Shown: in pieces, positions 1 through 9,834 of the stretch | Numbering within the stretch: position 1 is the first letter of the stretch | How the letters are laid out: each line of letters opens with the position of its first letter | From: an uncultured cyanobacterium | Lineage (GTDB): Bacteria > Cyanobacteriota > Cyanobacteriia > Phormidesmidales > Phormidesmidaceae | Direction of reading: 5' to 3' | DNA length: 64,000 nucleotides | NCBI GenBank assembly: GCA_963793265.1 | Contig: CAWBZI010000005.1 | Span: 370,787-434,786 of the forward strand | The notes under the pieces: model-generated | Database searches by the model: none | Told to the model about the DNA's origin: nothing | The model's input: the letters and a program-made list of their open reading frames with translations, nothing else | Program-made: the position numbers and the translations under genes

Positions 1-722
1 GGGGGAACGAACTGGATGATTTTTTTGGTGAACTGGTCGGAGTCTTCGTAGCTGTAGCTGTCGGTGATTGTTTCGGATAGGAGCCGGGTGTTGAGTGGAG
101 GCGCGCCGGGAGCAGGGGTGTGTTGGATAGCGATCGCACTATCAATCATCCGACCATCTGCGCTCAGCGCTATCTCTTTAACGACCGTAGAGGGAAACCA
201 CTTAAGCTTGCCACCGCCTTCTCTAGCTGCATCGTCGAGCATGTCTTCTAAAATAGCGTGGGCATCGCGCGGCAGGAAGCAGGAAACGCTGACCCAGCAG
301 CCGCCGGGGTTTAATTCGCCGTAGAAAGATTCGATGCGCTGGCGGAGGGCTTTGTAGCCTTCGGCGTAGAAGAGGAGCGATCGCTGTTTTTTCGCTTCAT
401 CTAGTGCAGAGGTGCCCTGAGAAGAAATTTGGCCGCCTACCCAGTCCGTCAGCTCCGTCATGCAAACGGTACGACCTGCGAGCAAGCTTTCATAAGCAGT
501 TGAGGTGCCCGAGAGTCCGCCACCTACGATCAGGATTTCGCACTCTACGGTGTCGTCAATATCAACCGGAGCATCTTGCGCTACAGCCTGCCGACTGCCT
601 AGCGGGAAAGAAGTCGCGGCGATGAGTACACTTAACGCGCCCGCAGAGGAACGACGAAAAAGACGATGTAGGAACCGAGAAGTAGCCATAGGAATGTCAG
701 TATCAAGACGAGTTGAAATCAT
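1..722 (-). CDS. FAD-dependent oxidoreductase, N-terminal part (runs off the window edge; not in ORF track)
   Basis: Manual translation from ATG 722 (or 689): signal-like N-terminus, then ECEILIVGGGLSGTSTAYESLLAGRTVCMTELTDWVGGQISSQGTSALDE (GxGxxG FAD-binding motif). Confidence 0.8.
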   Translation of the reverse strand, partial: MISTRLDTDIPMATSRFLHRLFRRSSAGALSVLIAATSFPLGSRQAVAQDAPVDIDDTVECEILIVGGGLSGTSTAYESLLAGRTVCMTELTDWVGGQISSQGTSALDEAKKQRSLLFYAEGYKALRQRIESFYGELNPGGCWVSVSCFLPRDAHAILEDMLDDAAREGGGKLKWFPSTVVKEIALSADGRMIDSAIAIQHTPAPGAPPLNTRLLSETITDSYSYEDSDQFTKKIIQFVP

Positions 723-903
723 TTTTCCCTAAAGCTACGCATTTGCAGTCTAGATTGACAACCCCTGGTGTATCAGTTGATCAACCATAACCAGGGGTAC
801 AGCTCGTCAAAGTGGCGCATTCCCGGTGCGGTGTAGGATGGAATTTGACTAAATTTGATGCATCGGTTGTCACAGCATCTTTGTCACGGTGGATCTCACG
901 CAT

Positions 904-2172
904 ATGGCTCAAAAACTTCTCTACATCAGCAACGGCCACGGCGAAGACAATCACTCCTCGCACATTATTCGGACGCTGCGGGCCATTCGCCCTGACTTAG
1001 ATATTGCCGCACTGCCCATTGTGGGAGAAGGCAACGCCTACCGCAAAATTGACGTGCCGATTGTAGGGCCAACGTACACGCTGCCCTCAGGTGGCTTTAC
1101 CTATATGAACCGGCTGCGGCTAATTGACGACATTCGCGCTGGGCTGCTGACAATGACATGGAAGCAGTATCAGGCCATGCGTGAGTATGTTGAGCAGGTA
1201 GACTTTGTAGCCGCGACGGGTGACACCATTGGTCAGGCGTTTGCTTTGCTTAGTGGCAAACCGTTTGTGTCTTTTATTTCGCCACTCTCAGCGATGTACG
1301 AAGGCAAGCTGAATATGGATCTGATTTTGTGGCAGATTTTGAAGTCGCCGCGATGTAAGGCGGTGGCGACGCGCGATGCCTATACGGCTGAAGATTTGCG
1401 CAGGCAAGGATTAGAGAAAGTGACCTTTGGTGGGATTCCTTCTTTAGATCGGCTGAAGCCTGCGGGCAAGGATATTCAGCTAAGCGAGGGTGAAAAAATG
1501 GTGGCGCTACTGCCGGGGTCGCGAACGGCAGAGGCGGTGAGGAACTTTAAGCTGGAGATGCAGTTGGCGCTAGAAGCCGGGCAGTTGAATGCGGCGATTA
1601 AGTTTAGGGCGGCGCTGGTGCCGAGTGTGATGGCTGAGGTGGCGGCGATCGCATCAGCCCAAGGCTGGCAGTATGAACAGCACAGGCGAGAAGACGGAAC
1701 GCCCTGGGTCAAGCTCAGCCACGAGCCCACAGACGAGTATGCAAACCCGGTAGACATTCTTTGCTACAGCGATGCTTTTAGCGATATTGCCTGCCGTACG
1801 ACGCTTGTGGTGGGTATGGCGGGGCTAGCGGTGGATCAGGCGATGGCGATCGGGAAGCCGATTGTGCAGATTGCCGGGGAGGGGCCGCAGTTTACCTATG
1901 CGTTTGCAGAGGCGCAGGATCGACTGTTGGGGCTGTCGGTGCAGACGATTGGGAAGCAGGCCGCGACGCCCGCGATTTTGAAAGAGGCGGCTGAGTGTGT
2001 GGTGAGGACGATTGAAGATACTGGTTATTTAGAGAAGTGTGTGGAGAATGGGCTGGCAAGGTTTGGGCCGTTTGGGGCGTCGGCGAGGATTGCGAATTTG
2101 ATTTTGAAGAATATGGATGAGGCGATAAAGGCGGTGGGTAGTGAGGAGTTGGCAATCGGAACCCACCCCTAG
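904..2172 (+). CDS. lipid-A-disaccharide synthase-related (LpxB-like GT-B) protein
   Basis: Motifs LYISNGHGED, ALPIVGEG, LPSGGF, ALLPGSR and GEGPQFT; ATG 904 preferred over GTG 889. Confidence 0.8.
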   Translation: MAQKLLYISNGHGEDNHSSHIIRTLRAIRPDLDIAALPIVGEGNAYRKIDVPIVGPTYTLPSGGFTYMNRLRLIDDIRAGLLTMTWKQYQAMREYVEQVDFVAATGDTIGQAFALLSGKPFVSFISPLSAMYEGKLNMDLILWQILKSPRCKAVATRDAYTAEDLRRQGLEKVTFGGIPSLDRLKPAGKDIQLSEGEKMVALLPGSRTAEAVRNFKLEMQLALEAGQLNAAIKFRAALVPSVMAEVAAIASAQGWQYEQHRREDGTPWVKLSHEPTDEYANPVDILCYSDAFSDIACRTTLVVGMAGLAVDQAMAIGKPIVQIAGEGPQFTYAFAEAQDRLLGLSVQTIGKQAATPAILKEAAECVVRTIEDTGYLEKCVENGLARFGPFGASARIANLILKNMDEAIKAVGSEELAIGTHP

Positions 2173-2186
2173 CCCCTCCAGAGGGG
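2163..2186. repeat. cyanobacterial short dispersed repeat (CCCTCC..GAGGGG hairpin type)
   Basis: cccctagcccctccagagggga; similar elements at 15397 and 49327. Confidence 0.5.
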
Positions 2187-2289
2187 ATTTACTTCGGGCT
2201 GTGGTGGTTGAAGCGATCGCCCCAGCCTCAAAACTTTCTATCCTTGATAGAGCGTCAGTTGGCCACGAGCGTTATTTGAGAAAATTGTT

Positions 2290-4044
2290 GTGGAAAAGCC
2301 TGTTAAAAACCGTTCTAGCTATCGCTATCTTTGGCCTTTTTTGCAGGTAGAGTGGCTGCTGTTTATTAAGACATTTGCCTGTGTATTGGGCTATGTAGCA
2401 ACCGTTTTAATTCTGCCTGGATTGGTTGGCAACATTACTGATTACATCGCTGCTGGAGACGTTCGTCAAACCGCCTATTGGCTGGGGCTTGCAGCTATTG
2501 ACTTTACGGTTCAAAACATCTTTTTGTATGGCGAGAAGGTAAACGCGATTGGCGCTGCGCAAAATGTAGTGCTGGCCGTACGCAAACGGGTCTATGCAAG
2601 CCTGCATAAGATGGATATTGACTACTTTGCCAGGGCACAAACCGGCGATTTAGCCTATCGAATTACTGAAGATATTGATAAAGTTGGTGAGGTTGTCACC
2701 AAAATGTCTCAGCAGTTTATCTCGTGCGTTCTACAGATTATAGGTCTAGCCGTTTATATCTTCTTACTAAACTGGAAGCTATCTTTAACCGGCATCATTG
2801 TTGCGCCACTGATGGCTTTGCTAATCAGCTACTTTGGCCAAAGGCAGCTATCACTCTCTCGCCGCAATCAAAACGAAATCTCCAACTTATCTTCTCTCTT
2901 GACAGAAGTATTCGGCAGCATCCGCATAGTGCAAGCCTTTGCCGCTCAGGACTACGAAGTTAAAAGATTTTCACAGGAGGCTGAGAACAACAGAGATGCA
3001 AAATACCGGACAGAGCACCTTACGGCCATTCAATATCCAGTATTGGGCTTTTTTGAAGCACTGTGCATCATGCTGTTGTTTTTGGTAGGGGCCTGGCAGA
3101 TTTCTGTGGGTGCTTTGACCGGAGCGGGATTTATCAAGTTCCTCACAGCAGTGGTGCTACTCATTTCTCCCATCGACTTAGCGACGCAGCACTACAACCT
3201 GTTCAAGCAAACAGAGGCGTCTGCTGAGCGCATTTTTGAGCTGATGAATTTGCAGCCGACTTTGGTAGAAAGGTCGGATGCGATCGCCCTCCCCCCCATT
3301 ACCGGTAAAGTAGACTACCAGGGCGTCAGCTTCGGCTATCAATCAGAAGAAAGCAGCACCTTAAAGCTCACCCTCACCGATCTTAATTTGATGGTGACAC
3401 CTGGCGAAGTCGTAGCTCTAGTTGGCCCATCCGGTGCAGGCAAAACGACGATTGTGAATCTTCTCACTCGCTTTTACGATCCACAAGTCGGGCAAATACT
3501 GGTCGATGGCATCGACATTAAAACAGTGACAATTCGAAGTTTGCGCCATCAAATCGGCATCGTACCGCAGGAAACGACGCTTTTTTCAGGCACGATCGCG
3601 CAGAATATTGCCTACGGCCAAACAGAGCTAGACTACGGCGCGATTGAGGCGGCGGCGAAAGTTGCGAACGCGCATGAGTTTATTAGTCAGTTTTCGCAGG
3701 GCTATCACACCTGGGTCGGAGAAAGAGGGACTAATTTTTCGGGCGGGCAACGGCAGAGAATTGCGATCGCCCGCGCCATTCTCCTTAATCCCCGCATTCT
3801 CATCCTCGACGAAGCCACTAGCGCCCTAGACCCTGAATCAGAAGCCCTTGTACAAGAAGCTCTAGAGCGCGCCATGAAAAATAGAACCGTGTTCATCATT
3901 GCGCACAGGCTCAGCACCGTTCGTCAGGCCGACCGCATTTTGTTTTTAGAGAAAGGCAGAATCTTAGAGTCGGGCACCCACCCTGAACTGCTCGCACAAG
4001 GCGGGCGATACGCGCAGTTTTATACGCAGCAGTTTGAAGGGTAG
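2290..4044 (+). CDS. ABC transporter permease/ATP-binding fusion (MsbA-like)
   Basis: N-terminal TM helices, Walker A GPSGAGKT, signature FSGGQRQR, Walker B ILILDEATS, AHRLST. Confidence 0.92.
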   Translation: MEKPVKNRSSYRYLWPFLQVEWLLFIKTFACVLGYVATVLILPGLVGNITDYIAAGDVRQTAYWLGLAAIDFTVQNIFLYGEKVNAIGAAQNVVLAVRKRVYASLHKMDIDYFARAQTGDLAYRITEDIDKVGEVVTKMSQQFISCVLQIIGLAVYIFLLNWKLSLTGIIVAPLMALLISYFGQRQLSLSRRNQNEISNLSSLLTEVFGSIRIVQAFAAQDYEVKRFSQEAENNRDAKYRTEHLTAIQYPVLGFFEALCIMLLFLVGAWQISVGALTGAGFIKFLTAVVLLISPIDLATQHYNLFKQTEASAERIFELMNLQPTLVERSDAIALPPITGKVDYQGVSFGYQSEESSTLKLTLTDLNLMVTPGEVVALVGPSGAGKTTIVNLLTRFYDPQVGQILVDGIDIKTVTIRSLRHQIGIVPQETTLFSGTIAQNIAYGQTELDYGAIEAAAKVANAHEFISQFSQGYHTWVGERGTNFSGGQRQRIAIARAILLNPRILILDEATSALDPESEALVQEALERAMKNRTVFIIAHRLSTVRQADRILFLEKGRILESGTHPELLAQGGRYAQFYTQQFEG

Positions 4045-4057
4045 CAGGCGAGTAGAC

Positions 4058-4136
4058 AAAAGAAAACCGACGTTGCATCATGCGGCTAGACACTGGGGCA
4101 ACGTCGGAACAAGGTGTGAGGAGCTTATCACTCCTG
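4058..4136 (-). ncRNA. candidate Yfr1-like CU-rich small RNA with intrinsic terminator
   Basis: Minus strand reads AGGAG..GCTCCTCACACC, then a 10-bp stem CCGACGTTGC/GCAACGTCGG and TTTTCTTTT; 10/11 match to the Yfr1 motif ACUCCUCACAC. Confidence 0.45.
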
Positions 4137-4195
4137 TTATTTATGGTGAAGGGTGGGTGTGACTTTTATATGACAGACGTATGAAATTAGCGTGA

Positions 4196-5059
4196 CTAAT
4201 GCAGCATCTTAAATAGGGTAAAGCCCGCTAAGAGCAAATCAATGCTGAATAGGGCAACCCAGGCCGTGACGACCGCAGCAGTAGCCGATTCACCGACACC
4301 GCGCCCGTGCAGCGCCGCCGTCAGCCCTCGGCTACAGCTCGCAACGGCAATGACGCCACCAAACAAAATGGCTTTGGAGATAATCACGATTACGTCTGTC
4401 ACACTCAGATAAAGGCGCACACCGTCTAAAAAGCTAGTCACAGAGAGATCGTAGACATTGGTCGTGATGATACTGCCGCCCGCTACGCCACAAAATAGCG
4501 CGAGCACGGTCAAAATTGGCAGCATGATACCGCAGGCAATCACCCGAGGCATTACTAAGTAATCAATCGGATCGGTACGAAGCATTTTCAGCGCATCGAT
4601 TTGCTGCGTTAGCTTCATCGTTGCAATCTCAGCGGCAAAAGCCGAGCCGACCTGACAGGCCAGCACGCCCGCCGTAAGCAGTGGCGCTAGCTCCCGACAG
4701 TAAGCAGCGGCAAACACTCCACCCAAAGAGCCCATCGAGCCAAACCGCGCCATCTCACGCGCTGACTGAATTGCAAAAATAATGCCCGCAGCGACGTTAG
4801 TCAGCACGACCGGCGCTAAGCAACGCGGCCCGGCGCTCATCAGGTGATCCATAATCTGGCGCTGCCCCCAACGTCCGCGCAAAAGCCGGTGCATCACCTG
4901 CCCCGCCAGCAAAACGGCTCTCAGGCTGTGATAGATCGGATTGTCCGCTTCTTCACCAGGAGGCCGACGCCCTAGCCGAGGATGGGGCAAGTTGCCATGG
5001 GCGGAACGTCTCAACAGCTTGGAAAGTCTGTTAGAAATGAGTTCATCAGCTTTAGTCAT
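4196..5059 (-). CDS. MlaE-family lipid-asymmetry ABC permease
   Basis: RELAPLLTA, GSAFAAEIATMKLTQQIDALKML, DPIDYLVMPRV and GVGESATAAVV; start uncertain. Confidence 0.88.
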   Translation of the reverse strand: MTKADELISNRLSKLLRRSAHGNLPHPRLGRRPPGEEADNPIYHSLRAVLLAGQVMHRLLRGRWGQRQIMDHLMSAGPRCLAPVVLTNVAAGIIFAIQSAREMARFGSMGSLGGVFAAAYCRELAPLLTAGVLACQVGSAFAAEIATMKLTQQIDALKMLRTDPIDYLVMPRVIACGIMLPILTVLALFCGVAGGSIITTNVYDLSVTSFLDGVRLYLSVTDVIVIISKAILFGGVIAVASCSRGLTAALHGRGVGESATAAVVTAWVALFSIDLLLAGFTLFKMLH

Positions 5060-5495
5060 TAAAACGAACACGCTCCTCTGCGATGCCAACCTTAGCCACT
5101 AATGTTACTACTGCGAGTATTACTAAAAAGTGCATGAAGTAGCCCGTACTCGTTATCTATATCTTAGAGAACCCTACACACCTGCACTCATCAAAAGTTC
5201 GACCCCTTACCCAGTGGGAGAAAAGCGCCGACAGAAGCACAGAGATGTAGCCATATAGGTATACCTTCTCTATGCTTCCCTTTGCATTCTTCAGAGTCAA
5301 AATACTTGATGGTAGCTGCTTAAAAAGTTGCCTGCGGCTAACTGTACTATCAGAGGCACTAGAGGTGCTGATATCAACCTATCGTACTAAGTTGAATTAA
5401 TTAGTTGCTTATGCACTACTTTTATAGTACATTTGTACCAAGAACGAAAAAGAACCGCTTTTCGGTACTTTTACGCTTTGATTGCGTTTTTGGTT

Positions 5496-6614
5496 ATGAA
5501 ACACACTGATATGGAACTTCAGGCTATTCGAGAAAAACTACAGATGCTTCAAGCAGAGCCTCCGGCTGCGGAGACGCTCACAATCCCGTGGTCAGCAGCG
5601 AAAGCTGAGACTAGCACCGAAGTAAACGCTAGCGAGAGCCCACAAGTAATAGCCATCGAAACCCTTAAGCAGCGATCGCGTGGCGGTGATCAGGCTGACA
5701 AGGCTCGAATGGACTACTTAGTCTTGCAAGAGCTGTCTCGAATAGAAGCGCAGGCCAGCCATATTAATGAGCGATCGCAGCAGCAGGCCAGAGATATCAT
5801 GGCGCTGAAGCGTTCGGCTCAGGCGGCAGCGGTAGGGCTGCGGCGACAGGGCATTCATGACCACCCGCAGCTTGCAGCTATCACCCAGTTTTTAGATCGC
5901 TATGAGTCTGCATCTGTTCCCCATATCGAGCGCAATGAGCAGGGCCTTTTCGATCTCTTTTACAACACGATTGACTTTCACCAGGCAGAGCATGAAGCAA
6001 TAGATACTGCTAATGCTTTGCGCAGTCGTAGGCGCATTTATCAAACACTGCCTTTCACACAGCCTATCAAATCTAGTACTGCAGATCTATCTCTAGCAGA
6101 GCCTAGCGTTAGCGATCACAGCGACAAAGAAGCCTCTAAAGACAAGCAGTCCAGACACACAGGAAACAAGCTAGGCCAATCGATTCCGACTTCGAGCGCA
6201 TGGATTAAAGCAACCTTTGAGGGTGTTATGAGTACCGTCAATTCACGAAGTTTCAATCCGATTGGAAAAATGACTAAGAGTAGACGACACAGACGTAGAC
6301 GACCTGTGCCCATACCGCCGGGTGAAGCGTTTAGCGCTGATTCATCAGTAGGTCACTATCCGGGTAACGCCTATAGCAGTCAATTCACCTGGCTAGACGG
6401 CACTATTTGGTTCAGTGGAGCAGCGATCGCTCGCATCATTGTTCAATCTTTGCTGTCTGGGTTCCCCATGGTTGAGACAGCCCTGCTTGTTGGCCTTATT
6501 AGCGTTATTGCCTTTGCCCTCTACCGAGTGGTCATCGAAAAATCTCCTAATTATACGCTGGTGTATCGGCTATGTATTGGCATGATGGGATTGTTCTTAG
6601 GCGGTTTGTTTTAG
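5496..6614 (+). CDS. hypothetical protein, coiled-coil N-terminus with C-terminal TM helices
   Basis: Long ORF (track 5433..6614) with a hydrophobic C-terminus; first gene of a co-directional cluster. Confidence 0.7.
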   Translation: MKHTDMELQAIREKLQMLQAEPPAAETLTIPWSAAKAETSTEVNASESPQVIAIETLKQRSRGGDQADKARMDYLVLQELSRIEAQASHINERSQQQARDIMALKRSAQAAAVGLRRQGIHDHPQLAAITQFLDRYESASVPHIERNEQGLFDLFYNTIDFHQAEHEAIDTANALRSRRRIYQTLPFTQPIKSSTADLSLAEPSVSDHSDKEASKDKQSRHTGNKLGQSIPTSSAWIKATFEGVMSTVNSRSFNPIGKMTKSRRHRRRRPVPIPPGEAFSADSSVGHYPGNAYSSQFTWLDGTIWFSGAAIARIIVQSLLSGFPMVETALLVGLISVIAFALYRVVIEKSPNYTLVYRLCIGMMGLFLGGLF

Positions 6615-6671
6615 CATCAGAAAAATTCAACAAAAATTCAACAATATATAATTTAAGAAGGAGGTTCTCAT

Positions 6672-7115
6672 ATGGCTATATCTAGCTCTGTTCAAGATTC
6701 TATTAAGCCGCTGATTAAGCCTTTGCTAGCTGGCGGCCTCATGTTCTCACTGATCACTATCTTGCTAGACATCAACGGCGCTAAATCGCTGTTCAACAAT
6801 CCTGCTTTGTTTGCTAACTTTTCTGTGCAAAAGAGTTCGATGGAGTCTCTGGCAAAGTCTTGTGAAGGCACTATCAATAAAACGGCTCAGCTTTCGCGAG
6901 AGCAGCTACTACAGCTATTAGCCGTACCCGAGCGCAGCAGCGCGTCGAAAGCGCGTCAAATTCTAAAAGAGCCTTACTGTCAGCTTTCTACACTACAGGT
7001 TCGGGCTGGTGCAGCGTCGCAAAGAGAGGCTTATCCTCTCGCTTTTGACCCGACAACCGCGCTGGTGATCCTTTATGAGAACGATGAATATGCAGGCTAT
7101 CGTTTTAAGTACTAA
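6672..7115 (+). CDS. hypothetical membrane-anchored protein (possible BamE/BLIP-like fold)
   Basis: GGAGG RBS, N-terminal TM, two Cys, QILKEPYC...AYPLAFDP..LVILYE...YAGY. Confidence 0.7.
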   Translation: MAISSSVQDSIKPLIKPLLAGGLMFSLITILLDINGAKSLFNNPALFANFSVQKSSMESLAKSCEGTINKTAQLSREQLLQLLAVPERSSASKARQILKEPYCQLSTLQVRAGAASQREAYPLAFDPTTALVILYENDEYAGYRFKY

Positions 7116-7131
7116 TTTGTCTGAGGTGCCA

Positions 7132-7599
7132 ATGGGTTTGTGGCGATCGCGACATCTCATCAGCACCTTCTCTCTGCTGGTTATCAGCGTTTTGCTCAGT
7201 AGTTGCAAAGCCAGATTAGACCCAGCAGTAAGATCTATCACGCTTCAGCAGCATTGGGCGTTGAACCCTGGTGATGAAATCGCCGGTAGTGCTGTAACCG
7301 GCAGCTTAGGCGATATCTCATTACAGCTAAAGAAGAACAAAATAGAAGCACCTTTCGACGGCGAGCTTGAGCCCAGTGCTATCGAGCAGTGCGCGCTGTA
7401 TTCTACCCCAGAAATTCCAGCCTACCTATTTAGATTGTGTGGGCTTAAAAGCTTCACCTATGGCACTGTGAAAGCTGGTAAGCCAATGGGGAAAGGAGAC
7501 TATCTAAGCTTTGCCACGCTAAGACGACAGCCTGACGGCACCTGGACAATTGTAGAACCGGCTGAAAGCGTTTTGGAAAAAGTACTCGGCGCGAGCTGA
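7132..7599 (+). CDS. lipoprotein with degenerate M23/LytM-like domain
   Basis: Lipobox LLSSC; EAPFDGEL, GTVKAGKPMG and YLSFATLRR..DG..VEP resemble the M23 scaffold without HxH. Confidence 0.55.
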   Translation: MGLWRSRHLISTFSLLVISVLLSSCKARLDPAVRSITLQQHWALNPGDEIAGSAVTGSLGDISLQLKKNKIEAPFDGELEPSAIEQCALYSTPEIPAYLFRLCGLKSFTYGTVKAGKPMGKGDYLSFATLRRQPDGTWTIVEPAESVLEKVLGAS

Positions 7600-7647
7600 G
7601 CTGATACAAATTGTTTTATCTATTCAAACCTCACCTTATACAGGACG

Positions 7648-9117
7648 ATGTTGAAATTCCCCCTGCTTTTTTCAGTTAGTTTAGTGGCCTTGTTTGGCTG
7701 GATAAATCCTGCTAAGGCAAAAGGAGAACCCATGGGACTTAACTTTGCCTTACCGCCTGCGGGAGAAGTATCAACTGACCAGGAGCCTACTGTTCAGGAA
7801 CTAACCGTGCCAGAGTCAACTGTTCAGGCGGTTGACTTGGTACGGGTCAGTGAGACGCTGCCGCCTTTGATGAACATAGCGCAGGTAAAAGAAGCAGAAG
7901 TTAAGGTTGTAGATGTTGCATCAGAAGTCTTTGAGGTAGAGGAACCTACAGAGATAAAAAAGATTGGCTTACAGTTCTCTGAAGACTCGCTACAGATGCC
8001 GGTAGAACAAAAAGAAGAACAAACGGCTTCTTTGTTCGAAGACGGTACTTTTATAGGGCTCTCTTTTGGTGAGGATTTGGTTTCGAGGGATAGAACTTTG
8101 GAAGCAGATAGGGCGATCGCAACACCCATCACGAGCCAAGAAGCTTGGACTGGGTTAGACGATTGGATCTTTGAAGGGGGATCGCGATCGCTCGTCGCCC
8201 ATACGGTCGGCAGCGCTGAAGGCACCAGGCGGTGGAATGGCGATCGCACTCAAGCCTACTACGGTCATGTTGATCCGGGTAATGGCGTGTGGAACTTAGG
8301 CACATTTTCTTATCAGCACGGGGCCAAATCGCCAGAAGAAGCTGACGAAAAGCAGATCAGGCGGCTTAAGTCTCAGAGCTTTGAGCTAGTAGAAAAGGCC
8401 GATCAGCAGGGACTAAAGCTCTCTTTGACTGAGAAACTAAACGGGATAGACCTAGCAAATCAGGCTCCGGTGGCCGCACTAGGAAAAGGCGGCTATGTGG
8501 AGCGGCTGGCAGAAGCTTATGAGTCCAATATGCATGGGGAGGAGGCGATCGCCTTTGCTAGAACTAAAGCCTATATCGACCCCGATACGAAGCGATGGGA
8601 TGCGCCTGGCCTTGGTAACAATCTGTACAGCATTCGTCAAGATCAGCAGCGGCGGATGTCGGCAATTGATAGTGCCTTGCAAGCTTATGAGCGGGCTGGG
8701 AGCGATCGCCTAGCGGTATCGAATCTGGAGCGCATCAGCGTAGAAAGCTCTAATCCAAGCGAGATGGCAGTACTCAACGAAGATAGCGTAGCCGTAACAT
8801 TCGCACTGCCGCCTGCACCTGCGGTCACGTCAGAACCAAGCACTTTAGAGCCAGTTGTAGCGACAGAGGGTGGTGCCCTAGACGACATTGGAGAAACGAG
8901 CCTATCGGATTCGATACCTGAACCAGTTAGTGAAGCTGCTGAAAGTGAAGCAATTAACCGCGAGGCGGCTACACCTAGCCGGTTAAGCGAGCTGAGAGCT
9001 TCAGTACTCAAGCCGGTCGAGCCCGCAGCTCGTGAGCTTGTAGCGGACTCAAACGCTGACTGGTCACGGACAGAAGACAAAATAGTCAACAAAAATGAGT
9101 CAATAGACAATTTCTGA
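7648..9117 (+). CDS. secreted protein with central lysozyme-like domain and acidic low-complexity flanks
   Basis: Signal peptide (AKA); VGSAEGT...YYGHVDPGN...NLGTFSYQ. Confidence 0.6.
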   Translation: MLKFPLLFSVSLVALFGWINPAKAKGEPMGLNFALPPAGEVSTDQEPTVQELTVPESTVQAVDLVRVSETLPPLMNIAQVKEAEVKVVDVASEVFEVEEPTEIKKIGLQFSEDSLQMPVEQKEEQTASLFEDGTFIGLSFGEDLVSRDRTLEADRAIATPITSQEAWTGLDDWIFEGGSRSLVAHTVGSAEGTRRWNGDRTQAYYGHVDPGNGVWNLGTFSYQHGAKSPEEADEKQIRRLKSQSFELVEKADQQGLKLSLTEKLNGIDLANQAPVAALGKGGYVERLAEAYESNMHGEEAIAFARTKAYIDPDTKRWDAPGLGNNLYSIRQDQQRRMSAIDSALQAYERAGSDRLAVSNLERISVESSNPSEMAVLNEDSVAVTFALPPAPAVTSEPSTLEPVVATEGGALDDIGETSLSDSIPEPVSEAAESEAINREAATPSRLSELRASVLKPVEPAARELVADSNADWSRTEDKIVNKNESIDNF

Positions 9118-9169
9118 ATGTTCGAGCTAAAGTGGTAGTGACTATGGATAACAAACTGCGCCGCATACC

Positions 9170-9637
9170 ATGCAACCTTTAGCTGATACCGTCTCGCCAA
9201 TTGAATCATTCGAGGATGCGATCGAGCGGTGCCAGTCGTTGGGAATGCGATTGAGCAAGCAGCGGCGATATATTTTAGAGCTTTTGTGGCAGGTTCAAGA
9301 GCATCTGTCGGCTCGTGATATATATGATCGGCTGAATCGTTTGGGCCGAGAGATCGGACATACCTCGGTTTATCAAAACTTAGAGGCGCTTTCTGAGCAG
9401 GGCATTATTGAATGCGTGGAGCGCTCGGATGGCAGGCTGTACGGGCACATCAGCTCGTCGCATAGTCATGTGAACTGCATGGATACGCAGCAGATTATTG
9501 ATATTAACATTGAGCTACCGGCAGAGCTGATTGCGCAGGTAGAGGCTCAAACGGGTGTGAAAGTTTCGGACTATCGGATTGATTTTTTTGGGACTAAAGC
9601 TGGTGACCCGGCTGTGGTTGAGGCGGCGACTAGTTAG
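9170..9637 (+). CDS. furC: Fur-family regulator FurC/PerR
   Basis: GMRLSKQRRYILELLW, EHLSARDIYD, IGHTSVYQNL and HSHVNC; no CxxC pairs, as recalled for cyanobacterial FurC. Confidence 0.8.
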   Translation: MQPLADTVSPIESFEDAIERCQSLGMRLSKQRRYILELLWQVQEHLSARDIYDRLNRLGREIGHTSVYQNLEALSEQGIIECVERSDGRLYGHISSSHSHVNCMDTQQIIDINIELPAELIAQVEAQTGVKVSDYRIDFFGTKAGDPAVVEAATS

Positions 9638-9650
9638 TAGCTTTAGTTAT

Positions 9651-9817
9651 TAGGGAGCTGCGCTCAAATAAAGTACCGGCAAACCGACAAATATTGCCCT
9701 GGGCATAGCGTGCTAAGCCCCTACGTCACCGTCAATTTCTGTAGGGGCTTAGCACTGCTATGCCCGAGGCAATGAACAGCGCTATCAGCGGTACTTTATT
9801 TAGACGCATGTCCCTTA
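9651..9817. repeat. MITE/REPIN-like element: outer inverted repeats enclosing an inverted GTAG-type REP pair
   Basis: Perfect 13-bp IR 9666-9678/9789-9801 inside a longer imperfect IR; inner gggcatagcgtgctaagcccctac (9701-9724) and gtaggggcttagcactgctatgccc (9741-9765). Confidence 0.7.
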
Positions 9818-9834
9818 GTACGCTTTATACAAGA

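Noticed and set aside
64..1000. Several short plus-strand ORFs
   Set aside because: Shadows of the minus-strand FAD oxidoreductase, which the track missed because its stop lies outside the window.
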